Positions 19,136 through 28,611 of a stretch of DNA of 64,000 nt are shown piece by piece (the stretch's first letter is position 1; each line of letters opens with the position of its first letter). This stretch comes from Acidimicrobiales bacterium (lineage in GTDB: Bacteria > Actinomycetota > Acidimicrobiia > Acidimicrobiales > VFJN01): positions 3,434-67,433 of the forward strand of contig DATHJB010000017.1 in the NCBI GenBank assembly GCA_035316325.1, given 5' to 3'. A model generated the notes under the pieces. That model was not told the DNA's origin, did no database searches, and saw nothing but the letters and a program-made list of their open reading frames with translations. The translations under genes were made by a program, and so were the position numbers.

Positions 19136-19161
19136 AACGACCTCCGGCCACACTGGGCGGC

Positions 19162-20382
19162 ATGGGTCAACGCCTGCTCTTCCACGGTGGCCGGGTGTTC
19201 GACGCCGTGGGCGCCGAACCGAACGCAGCCGACGCCGACATCGTCGTCGAGGACGACCGCATCGTGGAGGTGGGCCCCGGCCTCGACGGCGACGTGGCGG
19301 TCGACTGCACCGGCACGACGCTGGTGCCGGGCCTGTTCGACTGCCACACCCACGTGATGATCAGCCAGTTCGACCTGTGGAAGATGGCCCAGACGCCGTT
19401 CTCGCTGCAGTTCTTCGAGGCGGCGAAGAACCTGGAAGCCACCCTGCGCATCGGGATCACCAGCATCCGCGACGCCGGGGGTGCCGACCTCGGCGTGAAG
19501 ACCGCCGTGGAGCAGGGCCTGGTCGACGGCCCCCGCATGCAGATCTCGCTCACGATGCTCAGCCAGACCGGCGGCCACGCCGACAAGTGGATGGTGTGCG
19601 GCGGCCACTTCCCCAGCCCCTTCGGGATGACGCACCCGGGCAAGCCGGGCGCGATCGTCGACGGGCCGCTGGAGATGCGCAAGAAGGTGAGGGAGCTCGT
19701 CCGGGCGGGCGCCGACGTGATCAAGCTGGCGGCCAGCGGCGGCGTCCTGTCGCCCCGCGACGACCCCCGCCACGGCCACTTCCGCGACGACGAGCTGGAG
19801 GCCGCCGTCGAGGAGGCCACCGCGGCCGGGCTCTGGGTGATGGCCCACGCCCAGGCGACCGAGGGCATCAAGGCGTCGATCCGGGCGGGCATCCGGTCGA
19901 TCGAGCACGGCATCTACCTCGACGACGAGGCGATCGGGATGATGCTGGAGAACGGCACCTACCTGGTGCCCACGCTCCTGGCGCCTCGGGGCGTCATCGA
20001 CGCGGCCGCGGCCGGCGCCAACGTGGCCGACGAGAGCCTGCGGAAGGCCGAGATGGTCGTCGAGGAGCATGCCGACTCCGTGTCCCGGGCCATCGCCGCC
20101 GGGGTGAAGGTAGCGATGGGCACCGACTCGGGCGTCACGCCCCACGGGGAGAACCTGCGTGAGCTGCCCCTCATGGTCGAGCGGGGCCTGACGCCGGCCC
20201 AGTCGCTGGTGGCGACGTCCCGCACCGCGGCCGAGCTGCTGGGAGTGGACGCCGAGCTGGGCACCCTCGAGCCGGGCAAGCGGGCCGACATCGTGATGGT
20301 CGACGGCGACGCCCTCGACGTCGACAACCTCGGTGACCGCGTCCGAGCGGTGTGGAAGGACGGCGAGCAGGTCGCCGGCTGA
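19162..20382 (+). CDS. Metal-dependent amidohydrolase (Xaa-Pro dipeptidase-like)
   Basis: PGLFDCHTH, GADVIK, MAHA, SIEHG, MGTDSG, GKRADIV. Confidence 0.9.
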   Translation: MGQRLLFHGGRVFDAVGAEPNAADADIVVEDDRIVEVGPGLDGDVAVDCTGTTLVPGLFDCHTHVMISQFDLWKMAQTPFSLQFFEAAKNLEATLRIGITSIRDAGGADLGVKTAVEQGLVDGPRMQISLTMLSQTGGHADKWMVCGGHFPSPFGMTHPGKPGAIVDGPLEMRKKVRELVRAGADVIKLAASGGVLSPRDDPRHGHFRDDELEAAVEEATAAGLWVMAHAQATEGIKASIRAGIRSIEHGIYLDDEAIGMMLENGTYLVPTLLAPRGVIDAAAAGANVADESLRKAEMVVEEHADSVSRAIAAGVKVAMGTDSGVTPHGENLRELPLMVERGLTPAQSLVATSRTAAELLGVDAELGTLEPGKRADIVMVDGDALDVDNLGDRVRAVWKDGEQVAG

Positions 20383-20394
20383 CGGCGAACCAAC

Positions 20395-20445
20395 CGAAAC
20401 TGCGTGGCTGGCGGCCGCAATAGGGCCGTGAGCCACGCAATTTCG
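20395..20445. terminator. Large intergenic stem-loop (bidirectional terminator or REP-like)
   Basis: cgaaactgcgtggct-N21-agccacgcaatttcg (14/15), between convergent genes. Confidence 0.7.
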
Positions 20446-20450
20446 AGGGG

Positions 20451-21221
20451 TCAGCGGCGGAGGAGGTGGCGTTGGCGGTCGAGCCAGCCCAGCAGCACGG
20501 CGACCGCCCGGGGGTCGTGGCGCAGGCGGTGGCCGGCGCCGGTGACGAACCGCAGCTCGCCGGAGCCGTGGGCGTCGACCAGCACCCGGGCGTCGAACGG
20601 CGGCACCACGTCGTCGTCGCTGCCGTGGGCCACGAGCAGCGGCCGGGGCGCGTACTCCTGCACGCAGGCGATGGCCCGGATCGCCCGGAACTCCTTCGAC
20701 CAGGAGTCGAGCGACTGCGGGAACGCGGCGTCGGTGATCAGGCCCACCTCGCGGCTGTGCTGCAGCAACCGCCGGGGCTGCGAGGCCCAGTCGTCGAAGT
20801 CGGCGGGCGCCCCCAGCGCGGCGACGCCCCGGATGCGGTCGTCGCGGGCGCCGGCGCAGATCGCCAGCCCGCCGCTCGTCCCGAACCCCGCCAGCCACAC
20901 GCCGAGCGGCCGCTCCTCCTTCTCCAGGTGGTCGACGGTGGCGGTGATGTCGTCGAGCCACCCGCCGATCGAGAACTGGCCCTCGGACCCGCTGCAACCC
21001 CGCAGCGCCACCGCGACGGCGATCCAGCCCATCTCGGCAGCGATGCGGTCGGCCAGCTCGGGCAGGCTGTTGGCCACCGTGGCGGCCGACTCGACCACCG
21101 TCGGGTAGCCGTGGATGAGCACCACGGCCGGCCAGACGCCGGACTGGCGCCCCTCGGGGCGGGCGATGTGCGCGACCAGGTTCAGCCCGTCGGACACCAC
21201 CCGGTCGTCCATCACGGCCAC
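20451..21221 (-). CDS. Alpha/beta hydrolase-fold protein
   Basis: VLIHG, LRGCSGSEG, WLAGFGTSGG elbow, HGSDDDVV, GAGHRL. Confidence 0.8.
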   Translation of the reverse strand: MAVMDDRVVSDGLNLVAHIARPEGRQSGVWPAVVLIHGYPTVVESAATVANSLPELADRIAAEMGWIAVAVALRGCSGSEGQFSIGGWLDDITATVDHLEKEERPLGVWLAGFGTSGGLAICAGARDDRIRGVAALGAPADFDDWASQPRRLLQHSREVGLITDAAFPQSLDSWSKEFRAIRAIACVQEYAPRPLLVAHGSDDDVVPPFDARVLVDAHGSGELRFVTGAGHRLRHDPRAVAVLLGWLDRQRHLLRR

Positions 21222-21255
21222 GGCAGCCTCCCGCCGGCGCTCACCGGGGGTGGGC

Positions 21256-21474
21256 TCAGTCGGACGAGCGGACGCCTTCGCACTTGCCGCAACGTCGGTA
21301 GCCCCGGTTGCGCGCCTCGGGCAGCGTGTCGGGGCCGAAGCACAGGTAGGTCTCGGCCTTCACGAGCTCGTCGAGCACGTCGGGGGCGGTGCAGGCGTCG
21401 ACGTCGTGGACGACCTGGCTGCGCTTGTCGCCGACCCACTGGTTGTGCTCGAAACGTCCGAGGCGCTCCATCAC
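21256..21474 (-). CDS. Small hypothetical protein with Cys/His residues (possible Zn binding)
   Basis: 72 aa: VVHD...C...CF.PDTL.EARNRGYRRCGKC. Confidence 0.6.
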   Translation of the reverse strand: MMERLGRFEHNQWVGDKRSQVVHDVDACTAPDVLDELVKAETYLCFGPDTLPEARNRGYRRCGKCEGVRSSD

Positions 21475-21565
21475 GCGGACGCTACACCGCTCCCCGAGAG
21501 AGTCCGAAACAAGTAGCGGGGCAATGACAGGAAAGCCTTACCTCAACCTGGCCATCCCCCGGCAG

Positions 21566-21594
21566 ACCCATGCCAACCTCCCCGCCGCCGCCCC
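21566..21594 (-). repeat. 29-bp inverted repeat, copy 2
   Basis: acccatgccaacctccccgccgccgcccc. Confidence 0.85.
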
Positions 21595-21638
21595 AAGAGG
21601 TGAAGGCTGCGCCTCCGCTGCCACACTGAACATCCGTC

Positions 21639-23444
21639 ATGTCCACCCTCTCCACCAGCGCGCCCGGAGTCGCGCCCGACGAACCCGCAGCCTCGATGAT
21701 GCGCCGTGGCGCGTCGCTGATCTGGGAGGCGATGCGCAGCCATCCCGGCCCCTTCGTGCTGGCCGTCGGCGGCTCGACGCTGTACGCGCTGATGGCGGTA
21801 GGTGGGTCGGTGGCGCTGGGCCGGGTGACCGACGAGGTGATCAGCCCGGGCTTCGAGGAGGGCGTCGACGGCACGACGATCGCGGCCGGTGGCGCGGCGA
21901 TCATGGCGGTGGCCACTCTGCGGGCGGTCGGGGCGATGCTGCGCCGCTACTACGGCATGGACGCCAGCCTGCAGATGCAGAAGACCTGGTTCATGCGGGT
22001 GGTCGACAAGTACCTGTCGGTGCCGCTCGACTTCTTCGGCCGCCACCAGACCGGCACCCTGCTGGCCCACGCCGACGCCGACATCGAGCGCGCGGTCACC
22101 GCCCTCCAGCCGGTGCCGATGTCGATCGGTGTGGTGGTGCTGCTGGTGGCGGCGGTCGGCAGCCTGGGCGTGGTCGACCCGCTGCTGATGCTCGTCGGCC
22201 TGGCCCTGTTCCCGACGCTGGGCCTGCTCAACCGGGTCTACGCCCGCCGCATCGAGATCCCGGCGGCGGAGACCCAGAACCGGCTGGGCCGGGTGGCGGC
22301 GGTGGCCCACGAGTCGTTCGACGGCGCCCTGGTGGTGAAGACGCTCGGCCTCGAGCAGCGGGAGCAGGCCCGACTGGAGACCGAGGCCCAGGCGCTGCGC
22401 AACGCCCGCCTGGAGGTCGGCTGGCTGCGCGCCACCTTCGAGCCCGGCCTCGACACCCTGCCGCAGCTGGGCACCATCGTGCTGCTGGCGGTCGGGTCGT
22501 GGCGGGTGTCGACCGGTGCGCTCGACATCGGCGGCCTGGTGCAGGCGATGGCGCTGTTCGGCATCCTCGCGTTCCCGACCCGGGTGCTCGGCTACATGCT
22601 GGAGGAGCTGCCCCGGGCGGTCGTGTCGGTCGACCGGCTGCGCACGGTGCTCGCCTACCCCGCCCGCACCCGCCCGGCCGACGGCGAGGGCGAGCCGCTC
22701 CCGGACGGCCCGCTGGCGGCCGAGCTCGACGCCGTGCGCTTCGGCTACGACGACGCCGAGCCGGTGCTCGACGACTGCAGCCTGCGGGTCGAGCCCGGCG
22801 AGGTCGTGGCGCTGGTGGGGGCGACCGGGTCGGGCAAGTCCAGCCTGTGCCTGCTGCTGGCGCACCTCCACGACCCCGACGCCGGCGTGGTGCGGGTCGG
22901 CGACGTCGACCTGGCCCACGCCGATCCCGCCGGGGTGCGCCGGGGCGTGGCCCTCGCCTTCCAGGAGTCGTTCCTGTTCGTGGCCTCCGTGCGCGACAAC
23001 CTGACCTTCGGCGAGGCGGGCATCGGCGACGCCGACCTGCGCTGGGCGCTGGAGGTGGCCCGCGCCGATCGCTTCGTCGCCCGCCTGCCCAACGGCCTCG
23101 ACCACGTGGTCGGCGAGCGGGGCGTCACGCTGTCGGGTGGCCAGCGGCAGCGGCTGGCCCTCGCCCGGGCGCTGCTGCGTCGGCCCGGCCTGCTGCTGCT
23201 CGACGACGCCACCTCGGCGGTCGACCCGGTGATCGAGCAGCAGGTCCTGGCCAACCTGCGGGGCTCCCTGACCACCACCACGCTGATCGTCGCCCACCGC
23301 CTGTCGACCATCGCGGTGGCCGATCGGGTGCTGTTCCTGCAGGACGGCCGCATCGCCGCGTCGGGCCCCCACACCGAGCTGGTCGCCACCGTGCCCGCCT
23401 ACGCCACCCTGGCCCGCGCCTACGAGCAGGACGACGTGGCGTGA
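21639..23444 (+). CDS. Heterodimeric ABC exporter subunit (TMD+NBD, degenerate Walker B)
   Basis: GATGSGKS, LSGGQRQR, LLLDDATS. Confidence 0.92.
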   Translation: MSTLSTSAPGVAPDEPAASMMRRGASLIWEAMRSHPGPFVLAVGGSTLYALMAVGGSVALGRVTDEVISPGFEEGVDGTTIAAGGAAIMAVATLRAVGAMLRRYYGMDASLQMQKTWFMRVVDKYLSVPLDFFGRHQTGTLLAHADADIERAVTALQPVPMSIGVVVLLVAAVGSLGVVDPLLMLVGLALFPTLGLLNRVYARRIEIPAAETQNRLGRVAAVAHESFDGALVVKTLGLEQREQARLETEAQALRNARLEVGWLRATFEPGLDTLPQLGTIVLLAVGSWRVSTGALDIGGLVQAMALFGILAFPTRVLGYMLEELPRAVVSVDRLRTVLAYPARTRPADGEGEPLPDGPLAAELDAVRFGYDDAEPVLDDCSLRVEPGEVVALVGATGSGKSSLCLLLAHLHDPDAGVVRVGDVDLAHADPAGVRRGVALAFQESFLFVASVRDNLTFGEAGIGDADLRWALEVARADRFVARLPNGLDHVVGERGVTLSGGQRQRLALARALLRRPGLLLLDDATSAVDPVIEQQVLANLRGSLTTTTLIVAHRLSTIAVADRVLFLQDGRIAASGPHTELVATVPAYATLARAYEQDDVA

Positions 23445-25387
23445 CGACGGTCGACAGGAACGGGCGGGAGCCGCGCGACGGGCGGGACGGGCGCGAGCCG
23501 GTCGACCCGCACGACGCCGCGGTCGAGGTGCTGCGCGACGCCGCGCCGGCCGGGGCGATCGACGAGGAGGCGCACCGGCCCGAGCCGACCCCCGAAGAGG
23601 AGCACATGGGCGACCTGGCCAGGGCCGGGGCCATCGCCGTCCTGCGCCGGGGCCTCGCCGTCACCCCCGAGCTGCGCGAGGGGCTGCGGCTCACGGTCCT
23701 GCTGGCCATCCTGACCGCGGCCGGGAAGCTGGTCCTGCCGATCCTCATCCAGCAGGTGCTCGACCGGGGCGTGCGGGGCGACCAGGGCTTCCGGCCCGCC
23801 TTCGTCTACGGCACCTCGGCCGCCACCGCGGTCGCGGTGATGCTCCTGTACCTGCTGGCCCGGGCCACCTACCTGCGGCTGGTGCGGGCCACCGAGGCGG
23901 CGCTGCTGGGCCTGCGCCTGCGGGCCTTCGAGCACATCCACAAGCTGTCGGTCGCCGAGCACAGCGACCAGCGCCGGGGCGCCCTCGTCGCCCGGGTGAC
24001 CAGCGACGTCGAGACACTGGCCCAGTTCACCGAGTGGGGCGCCGTGGCCTGGATCGTCGACAACACCGTCATCGCCGGGGCGTTCGGCGTGATGGCGGTG
24101 TACGACTGGCGGCTGGCGCTGCAGACGATGCTGCTGTTCGTCCCGGTCGCGATCCTGCTCCCCTGGTTGCAGCGCCGGCAGCTCGCCGCCCAGGACGACG
24201 TCCGCACGGTGGTGGGCGAGACGTTCTCGGAGGTGTCGGAGGTGATCACCGGCGCCCCGCTCGTGCGGTCGTACGGCCTGGAGCCCCGCCGCCGACGCAC
24301 CCTGGCCGACACCATCGAGCGCCAGTACGACGCCCGCATGCTGGCGTCGCGCTACTCGGCGATGACGCTGCCGCTGGCCGACATCTTCGGGGCGCTGGCG
24401 CTGGCCGGCGCCGTGGTGACCGGAGTTGCCTGGGGCCCGGGCTGGGGCCTCGACTTCGGCGAGCTGGTGGCCTTCCTGTTCCTCATCGGCCTGCTGCTGA
24501 ACCCGCTGGGCGAGCTGGCGGAGATCGTCGACCGCACCCAGATCGGCATCGCCGGCTGGCGCAAGCTGCTCGGCGTGCTGGCCACCCCGATCGACGTGCC
24601 GGACCCCGACCCGGTCGACGGCGTCGAGATGCCGACGGGACCGCTGTCGATCGAGGCCGCGAACCTGCACTTCGCGTACCGCGACGGGGTGCCGGTGCTG
24701 CGCGACGTCGATCTGGTGGTGCCGGCCGGCCGGCGGGTGGCGGTGGTGGGCGAGACGGGGTCGGGCAAGACGACGTTCGCCAAGCTGCTGTGCCGCCTGG
24801 CCGACCCGACCGTGGGGACGCTGCGGATCGGCGGCGTCGACCTGCGCGACACCACGTCGGACAGCCGGCAGCGGGCCATCCGCCTGGTGCCCCAGGACGG
24901 GTTCCTGTTCGACGCCACCGTCGGCGACAACGTGCGGCTGGGCCGGATGGATGCCACCGACGACGAGGTGCGGGCGTCGTTCCGGTCGCTGGGGCTGGGC
25001 TGGTGGCTCGACGACCTGCCGTTCGGGCTCGCCACGCCGGTGGGTGAGCGGGGCGCCAACCTGTCGGTGGGCGAACGCCAGCTGGTGGCACTGGCCCGGG
25101 CGCAGCTCGGCAACCCCGGCCTGCTGGTGCTCGACGAGGCGACCTCGGCCGTCGACCCCGAGACCGAGCGGGCGCTCACCGTGGCACTTGCCCGCCTGGC
25201 GCAGGGGCGGACGATGGTGTCGATCGCGCACCGCCTGTCGACCGCCGAGGCCGCCGACGAGGTGATCGTCTTCGAGAGCGGTCGGGTGGTGGAGCACGGC
25301 CGCCACCACGACCTGGTGGCCGCGGGCGGCGTCTACGCCACGCTCTTCGAGAGCTGGCTGGGCAGCACCCGCACCGCCGACGACTAG
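23441..25387 (+). CDS. Heterodimeric ABC exporter subunit (TMD+NBD)
   Basis: GTGA overlap with the upstream gene. GETGSGKT, LSVGERQ, LVLDEATS. Confidence 0.9.
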   Translation: MTTVDRNGREPRDGRDGREPVDPHDAAVEVLRDAAPAGAIDEEAHRPEPTPEEEHMGDLARAGAIAVLRRGLAVTPELREGLRLTVLLAILTAAGKLVLPILIQQVLDRGVRGDQGFRPAFVYGTSAATAVAVMLLYLLARATYLRLVRATEAALLGLRLRAFEHIHKLSVAEHSDQRRGALVARVTSDVETLAQFTEWGAVAWIVDNTVIAGAFGVMAVYDWRLALQTMLLFVPVAILLPWLQRRQLAAQDDVRTVVGETFSEVSEVITGAPLVRSYGLEPRRRRTLADTIERQYDARMLASRYSAMTLPLADIFGALALAGAVVTGVAWGPGWGLDFGELVAFLFLIGLLLNPLGELAEIVDRTQIGIAGWRKLLGVLATPIDVPDPDPVDGVEMPTGPLSIEAANLHFAYRDGVPVLRDVDLVVPAGRRVAVVGETGSGKTTFAKLLCRLADPTVGTLRIGGVDLRDTTSDSRQRAIRLVPQDGFLFDATVGDNVRLGRMDATDDEVRASFRSLGLGWWLDDLPFGLATPVGERGANLSVGERQLVALARAQLGNPGLLVLDEATSAVDPETERALTVALARLAQGRTMVSIAHRLSTAEAADEVIVFESGRVVEHGRHHDLVAAGGVYATLFESWLGSTRTADD

Positions 25388-25797
25388 GCCTTCGGGCCGA
25401 TGGCGCCGATCTCGGCCAGGTAGTTGTGCAGCGACTCGACGACCAGCACGACGTCCTCGTCGACCACGTCGAGGCCCTCGGCCAGCAGCAAGGCGACGGC
25501 GTCGTCCTCGCTCACCACCACGTCGTCGCCGGGGCGGGGCTCCTCGCCCGGGTAGCCGAAGATGCCCTCGTCGCGCAGGTGGTCGAGCTCGGCCAGCACC
25601 AGCTCCCGCACCTCGTCGTAGGTGAGGCGGGCCTGGGCGTCGTCGGGGATGTCGTCGGCGACGTAGTCGACCGCCTCGTCGAGATCGAAGATCGTCGCCG
25701 GCGGCTCGTGCCCCAGCCGGAACGCCTCCCGCCCCACCGTGGCCGCCGCGACGGCGAACACGATCAGGGCGGCGAGGACGAAGAACAGCCAGATCAC
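25384..25797 (-). CDS. Hypothetical membrane-anchored acidic protein
   Basis: N-terminal TM segment followed by an acidic domain, with good codon bias. Confidence 0.65.
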   Translation of the reverse strand: MIWLFFVLAALIVFAVAAATVGREAFRLGHEPPATIFDLDEAVDYVADDIPDDAQARLTYDEVRELVLAELDHLRDEGIFGYPGEEPRPGDDVVVSEDDAVALLLAEGLDVVDEDVVLVVESLHNYLAEIGAIGPKA

Positions 25798-25812
25798 CCG
25801 GCCATTCTTAGC

Positions 25813-25858
25813 TTCTGTCTTCGCTCAGCCGGGCATGGCCGCCTGAGCGAAGACAGAA
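25813..25858. terminator. Perfect 16-bp stem-loop downstream of the acyl-CoA dehydrogenase
   Basis: ttctgtcttcgctcag-N14-ctgagcgaagacagaa. Confidence 0.8.
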
Positions 25859-25866
25859 CGAGGGCT

Positions 25867-26982
25867 TCAGATGCCCAGGCGCTGGGCGAGCAGCTCGCGG
25901 TGGTAGGTCGGGTCGCCGAAGAGCAGCTCCGACGACTTGGCCCGCTTGAAGTAGAGGTGCGCCGGGTGCTCCCAGGTGAAGCCGATGCCGCCGTGGATCT
26001 GGATGTTCTCGGCGGAGGCGTGGAAGTAGGCCTCGGAGCAGTAGGCCTTGGCCAGGCAGGCGACCTCGGGCAGCTCGTCGTTCAGCTCGGCGGCGCACCA
26101 GGCGGCGTAGTAGGCGGCCGACTTGGCCGACTCGACCTCGAGCAGCATGTCGGCGCACTTGTGCTTGATGGCCTGGAAGGAGCCGATCGGGCGACCGAAC
26201 TGCACCCGGTCCTTGGCGTACTGCACGGCCATCTCCAGCACCTTCTGGGCGCCACCCACCTGCTCGGCGGCGAGGCCGACGGCGGCCAGGTCGAGCACCC
26301 GGTCCAGCGTCGTCCAGCCGGCGCCGTCGGTGCCGATCAGGGTGGCGGGCACCCCGGCGAGCTCGAGCTTGGCCTGCTTGCGGGTCTGGTCCATCGTCGA
26401 CAGCGCCGTACGGGTGAGGCCCGGGGCGTCGCCGTCGACCTTGAACAGCGACGTCCCCGCGTCCGTCTTGGCGGCGACGATGATCACGTTGGCGACGTGG
26501 CCGTCGATCACGAACATCTTCGTGCCGTCGATCGTCCAGCCGTCGCCGCTCTTGGTGGCGGTGGCCTCGATGCCGCTCTCGTCCCAACGGCCGTTGGGCT
26601 CGGTGAACGCCAGGGTGGCGATGGTCTCGCCGGACGCGATGCCGGGGAGCAGGTCCTTCTGGGCGGCCTCGTCACCGGAGTGGAGCAGCGTGTTGGTGGC
26701 GAGCACGACGGTCGAGAAGAACGGGGCGCACACCAGGGCCCGGCCCATCTCCTCGAGCACCACGGTCAGCTCGACGTAGGTGAAGCCCTGGCCGCCGTGC
26801 TCCTCGGGCACGATCAGCGACTGGAGCCCCAGCTCGTTCGCCATCTGCGCCCACACCGCGGGGTCGTAGCCGTCGGTGGTGTCCATCTGCGTCCGCACCT
26901 CCGCCTCGGGCGACTTGGCCTCGAGGAACTGCCGGGTGATGCGCCGCAGCTCTTCCTGCTCTTCGGAGAAGGCGAAGTTCAT
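25867..26982 (-). CDS. Acyl-CoA dehydrogenase family protein
   Basis: MNFAFSEEQEEL, TLAFTE, IDGTKMFV, RVQFGRPIGSFQAIKH, IQIHGGIGFTWEH. Confidence 0.93.
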   Translation of the reverse strand: MNFAFSEEQEELRRITRQFLEAKSPEAEVRTQMDTTDGYDPAVWAQMANELGLQSLIVPEEHGGQGFTYVELTVVLEEMGRALVCAPFFSTVVLATNTLLHSGDEAAQKDLLPGIASGETIATLAFTEPNGRWDESGIEATATKSGDGWTIDGTKMFVIDGHVANVIIVAAKTDAGTSLFKVDGDAPGLTRTALSTMDQTRKQAKLELAGVPATLIGTDGAGWTTLDRVLDLAAVGLAAEQVGGAQKVLEMAVQYAKDRVQFGRPIGSFQAIKHKCADMLLEVESAKSAAYYAAWCAAELNDELPEVACLAKAYCSEAYFHASAENIQIHGGIGFTWEHPAHLYFKRAKSSELLFGDPTYHRELLAQRLGI

Positions 26983-27023
26983 GGTCGAGACGCTAGGCGT
27001 GGTCGTCGGACCGCGCCACCGGG

Positions 27024-27037
27024 CGCGTGTACACGCG
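27024..27037. promoter_or_regulatory. Putative toxin-antitoxin autoregulatory operator
   Basis: Perfect 14-bp palindrome CGCGTGTACACGCG, 15 bp upstream of the antitoxin ATG. Confidence 0.6.
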
Positions 27038-27052
27038 TGCTACACCAGGGCC

Positions 27053-27328
27053 ATGGAGCATGTCGGGATCCGGGAGCTGCGCAACAACGTCGCCGCGGTC
27101 GTCCGTCGGGCCGCGGCCGGCGAGCGGGTGGTCGTCACCGTCGACGGCGTCGCCACCGCCCAGCTGGGGCCGCTGGAGCCGGTGGGCGGGGTGACGCTCG
27201 ACGACCTCGTCGCCGCGGGGCTGGCGCTACCACCGGGCCGGCGCGACCGACCGGACGTCGCCGACCTGGAGGACGTCCCCGTCGACGCCCGTCCCGACCG
27301 CGTCCTCGACGAGCTGCGCGGGTCGTGA
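27053..27328 (+). CDS. Phd/YefM-family antitoxin
   Basis: MEHVGIRELRNN...AGERVVVTVDG..TAQLGP. Confidence 0.85.
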   Translation: MEHVGIRELRNNVAAVVRRAAAGERVVVTVDGVATAQLGPLEPVGGVTLDDLVAAGLALPPGRRDRPDVADLEDVPVDARPDRVLDELRGS

Positions 27329-27738
27329 CGCTGTTCCTCGACACGTCGGCCCTGGTCCGTCGGTACGTCCACGGGCCCGACCAGGCACTGGTGGCCGACG
27401 CCATGGCCGCCGACGACGTGTGGTGCGCCTCGGCGCTGTGCCGCAGCGAGACCCTGCTGGCCCTGCACCGCCTGGCGGCGACTCCCAGCCAGCACGCCCG
27501 GCTGTGGAGCCGGCTGCGCGACGACTGGGACGCCTTCGTCGTCGTGCCGGTGGACGACCGCTGCCTGGCCCGGGCCGTCGAGCTGGGGGCGAGCTACGGC
27601 CTGCGGACCGTCGACGCCCTGCACCTCGCCGCCGCCGACCGCCTCCCTCGCCCGGCGAGCTACGCCACCTTCGACCGCCACCAGATCCCGGCGGCCGCCG
27701 CCCTCGGCTTCGACGTCCTGTCCCCCGTGGAGGCATGA
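27325..27738 (+). CDS. vapC: VapC PIN-domain toxin
   Basis: FLDTSAL, CRSE, RTVDALHLAAA, TFD. GTGA overlap with the antitoxin. Confidence 0.88.
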   Translation: MTLFLDTSALVRRYVHGPDQALVADAMAADDVWCASALCRSETLLALHRLAATPSQHARLWSRLRDDWDAFVVVPVDDRCLARAVELGASYGLRTVDALHLAAADRLPRPASYATFDRHQIPAAAALGFDVLSPVEA

Positions 27739-27802
27739 GCGGCACGGAGGGAGTGGCTGGGTAGCCTCCGCGGCGGCGGGACCAGCCAGAAGGAAGCACT
27801 CC

Positions 27803-28522
27803 GTGTCCGAGAACCCGCCCGTCGAGCCCGATCCCGAGCAGCCGCGCCTCCCCGACGTCCCCCCGCCCCCGCCCCCGTCGCCGGACCCGGCGCCGGAGCC
27901 CGGCATCGACCCGGCACCGCCCACCCCCGAGCCGGAGCCCGTCGGAGCCGACGAGGTCCCGGACGTTCCCGCCGCCCCCGCCGCCCCCGACTCCCCCGAG
28001 GCCCCCGACTCCCCGGACCTCCCGCCGTCGCCCGATCGACCCGCCTCCCCGCTGTCGACCGGCTTCGGCAGCCCCGAGGAGCCGTTCGGGCGGCCGCCCA
28101 GCAGCGGAGGCGGAGGCCGCAAGGTCCTGCTGATCGTCGGCGGCCTCGTGGTGCTGGCGCTGATCGTCGGCGGCCTCCTCTTCGCCATGGGCGACAGTGA
28201 CAGCGACGACTCCCCCGAGCAGGCCGTGCGCGACTTCTTCGATGCGTCGGAGGACAAGGACTGCGCCCGCCTCACCGAACTGGTCGTCGAGAAGTCGTGG
28301 TCGCAGGGCGGCACCGTCACCCGCGAGAACGCGATCGAGCAGTGCAGCGACGAGATGGAGGCCGGCCCGCCGCTCGACACCGAGCTGAAGTCGGTGGACA
28401 CCAAGTCCGAGCAGGGCGACAAGGCCGTCGTCAGCGTGAACTACACCCTCGACGACGAGACCGTCGACACCGAGATCGACCTGGTCAAGGAAGACGGCGA
28501 CTGGAAGATCGACAGCGTCTGA
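27803..28522 (+). CDS. Proline-rich membrane-anchored protein with extracellular NTF2-like (DUF4878-like) domain
   Basis: Pro-rich N-terminus, one TM, SPEQAVRDFF...DC...KEDGDWKID. Confidence 0.7.
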   Translation: MSENPPVEPDPEQPRLPDVPPPPPPSPDPAPEPGIDPAPPTPEPEPVGADEVPDVPAAPAAPDSPEAPDSPDLPPSPDRPASPLSTGFGSPEEPFGRPPSSGGGGRKVLLIVGGLVVLALIVGGLLFAMGDSDSDDSPEQAVRDFFDASEDKDCARLTELVVEKSWSQGGTVTRENAIEQCSDEMEAGPPLDTELKSVDTKSEQGDKAVVSVNYTLDDETVDTEIDLVKEDGDWKIDSV

Positions 28523-28611
28523 CACGGAGGGTGACTGCGACACCGGGGTCCCGCCTGGCTACCCTCGGACGTTTCTGAGGAAACGAACCATACGAAGCTG
28601 AGGAAACCCCC

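Noticed and set aside
21389-25387. 1332-aa ORF as a single fused ABC transporter
   Set aside because: The first ~680 aa are an off-frame, Arg/Gly/Pro-rich shadow. The real genes are 21639-23444 and 23441-25387.
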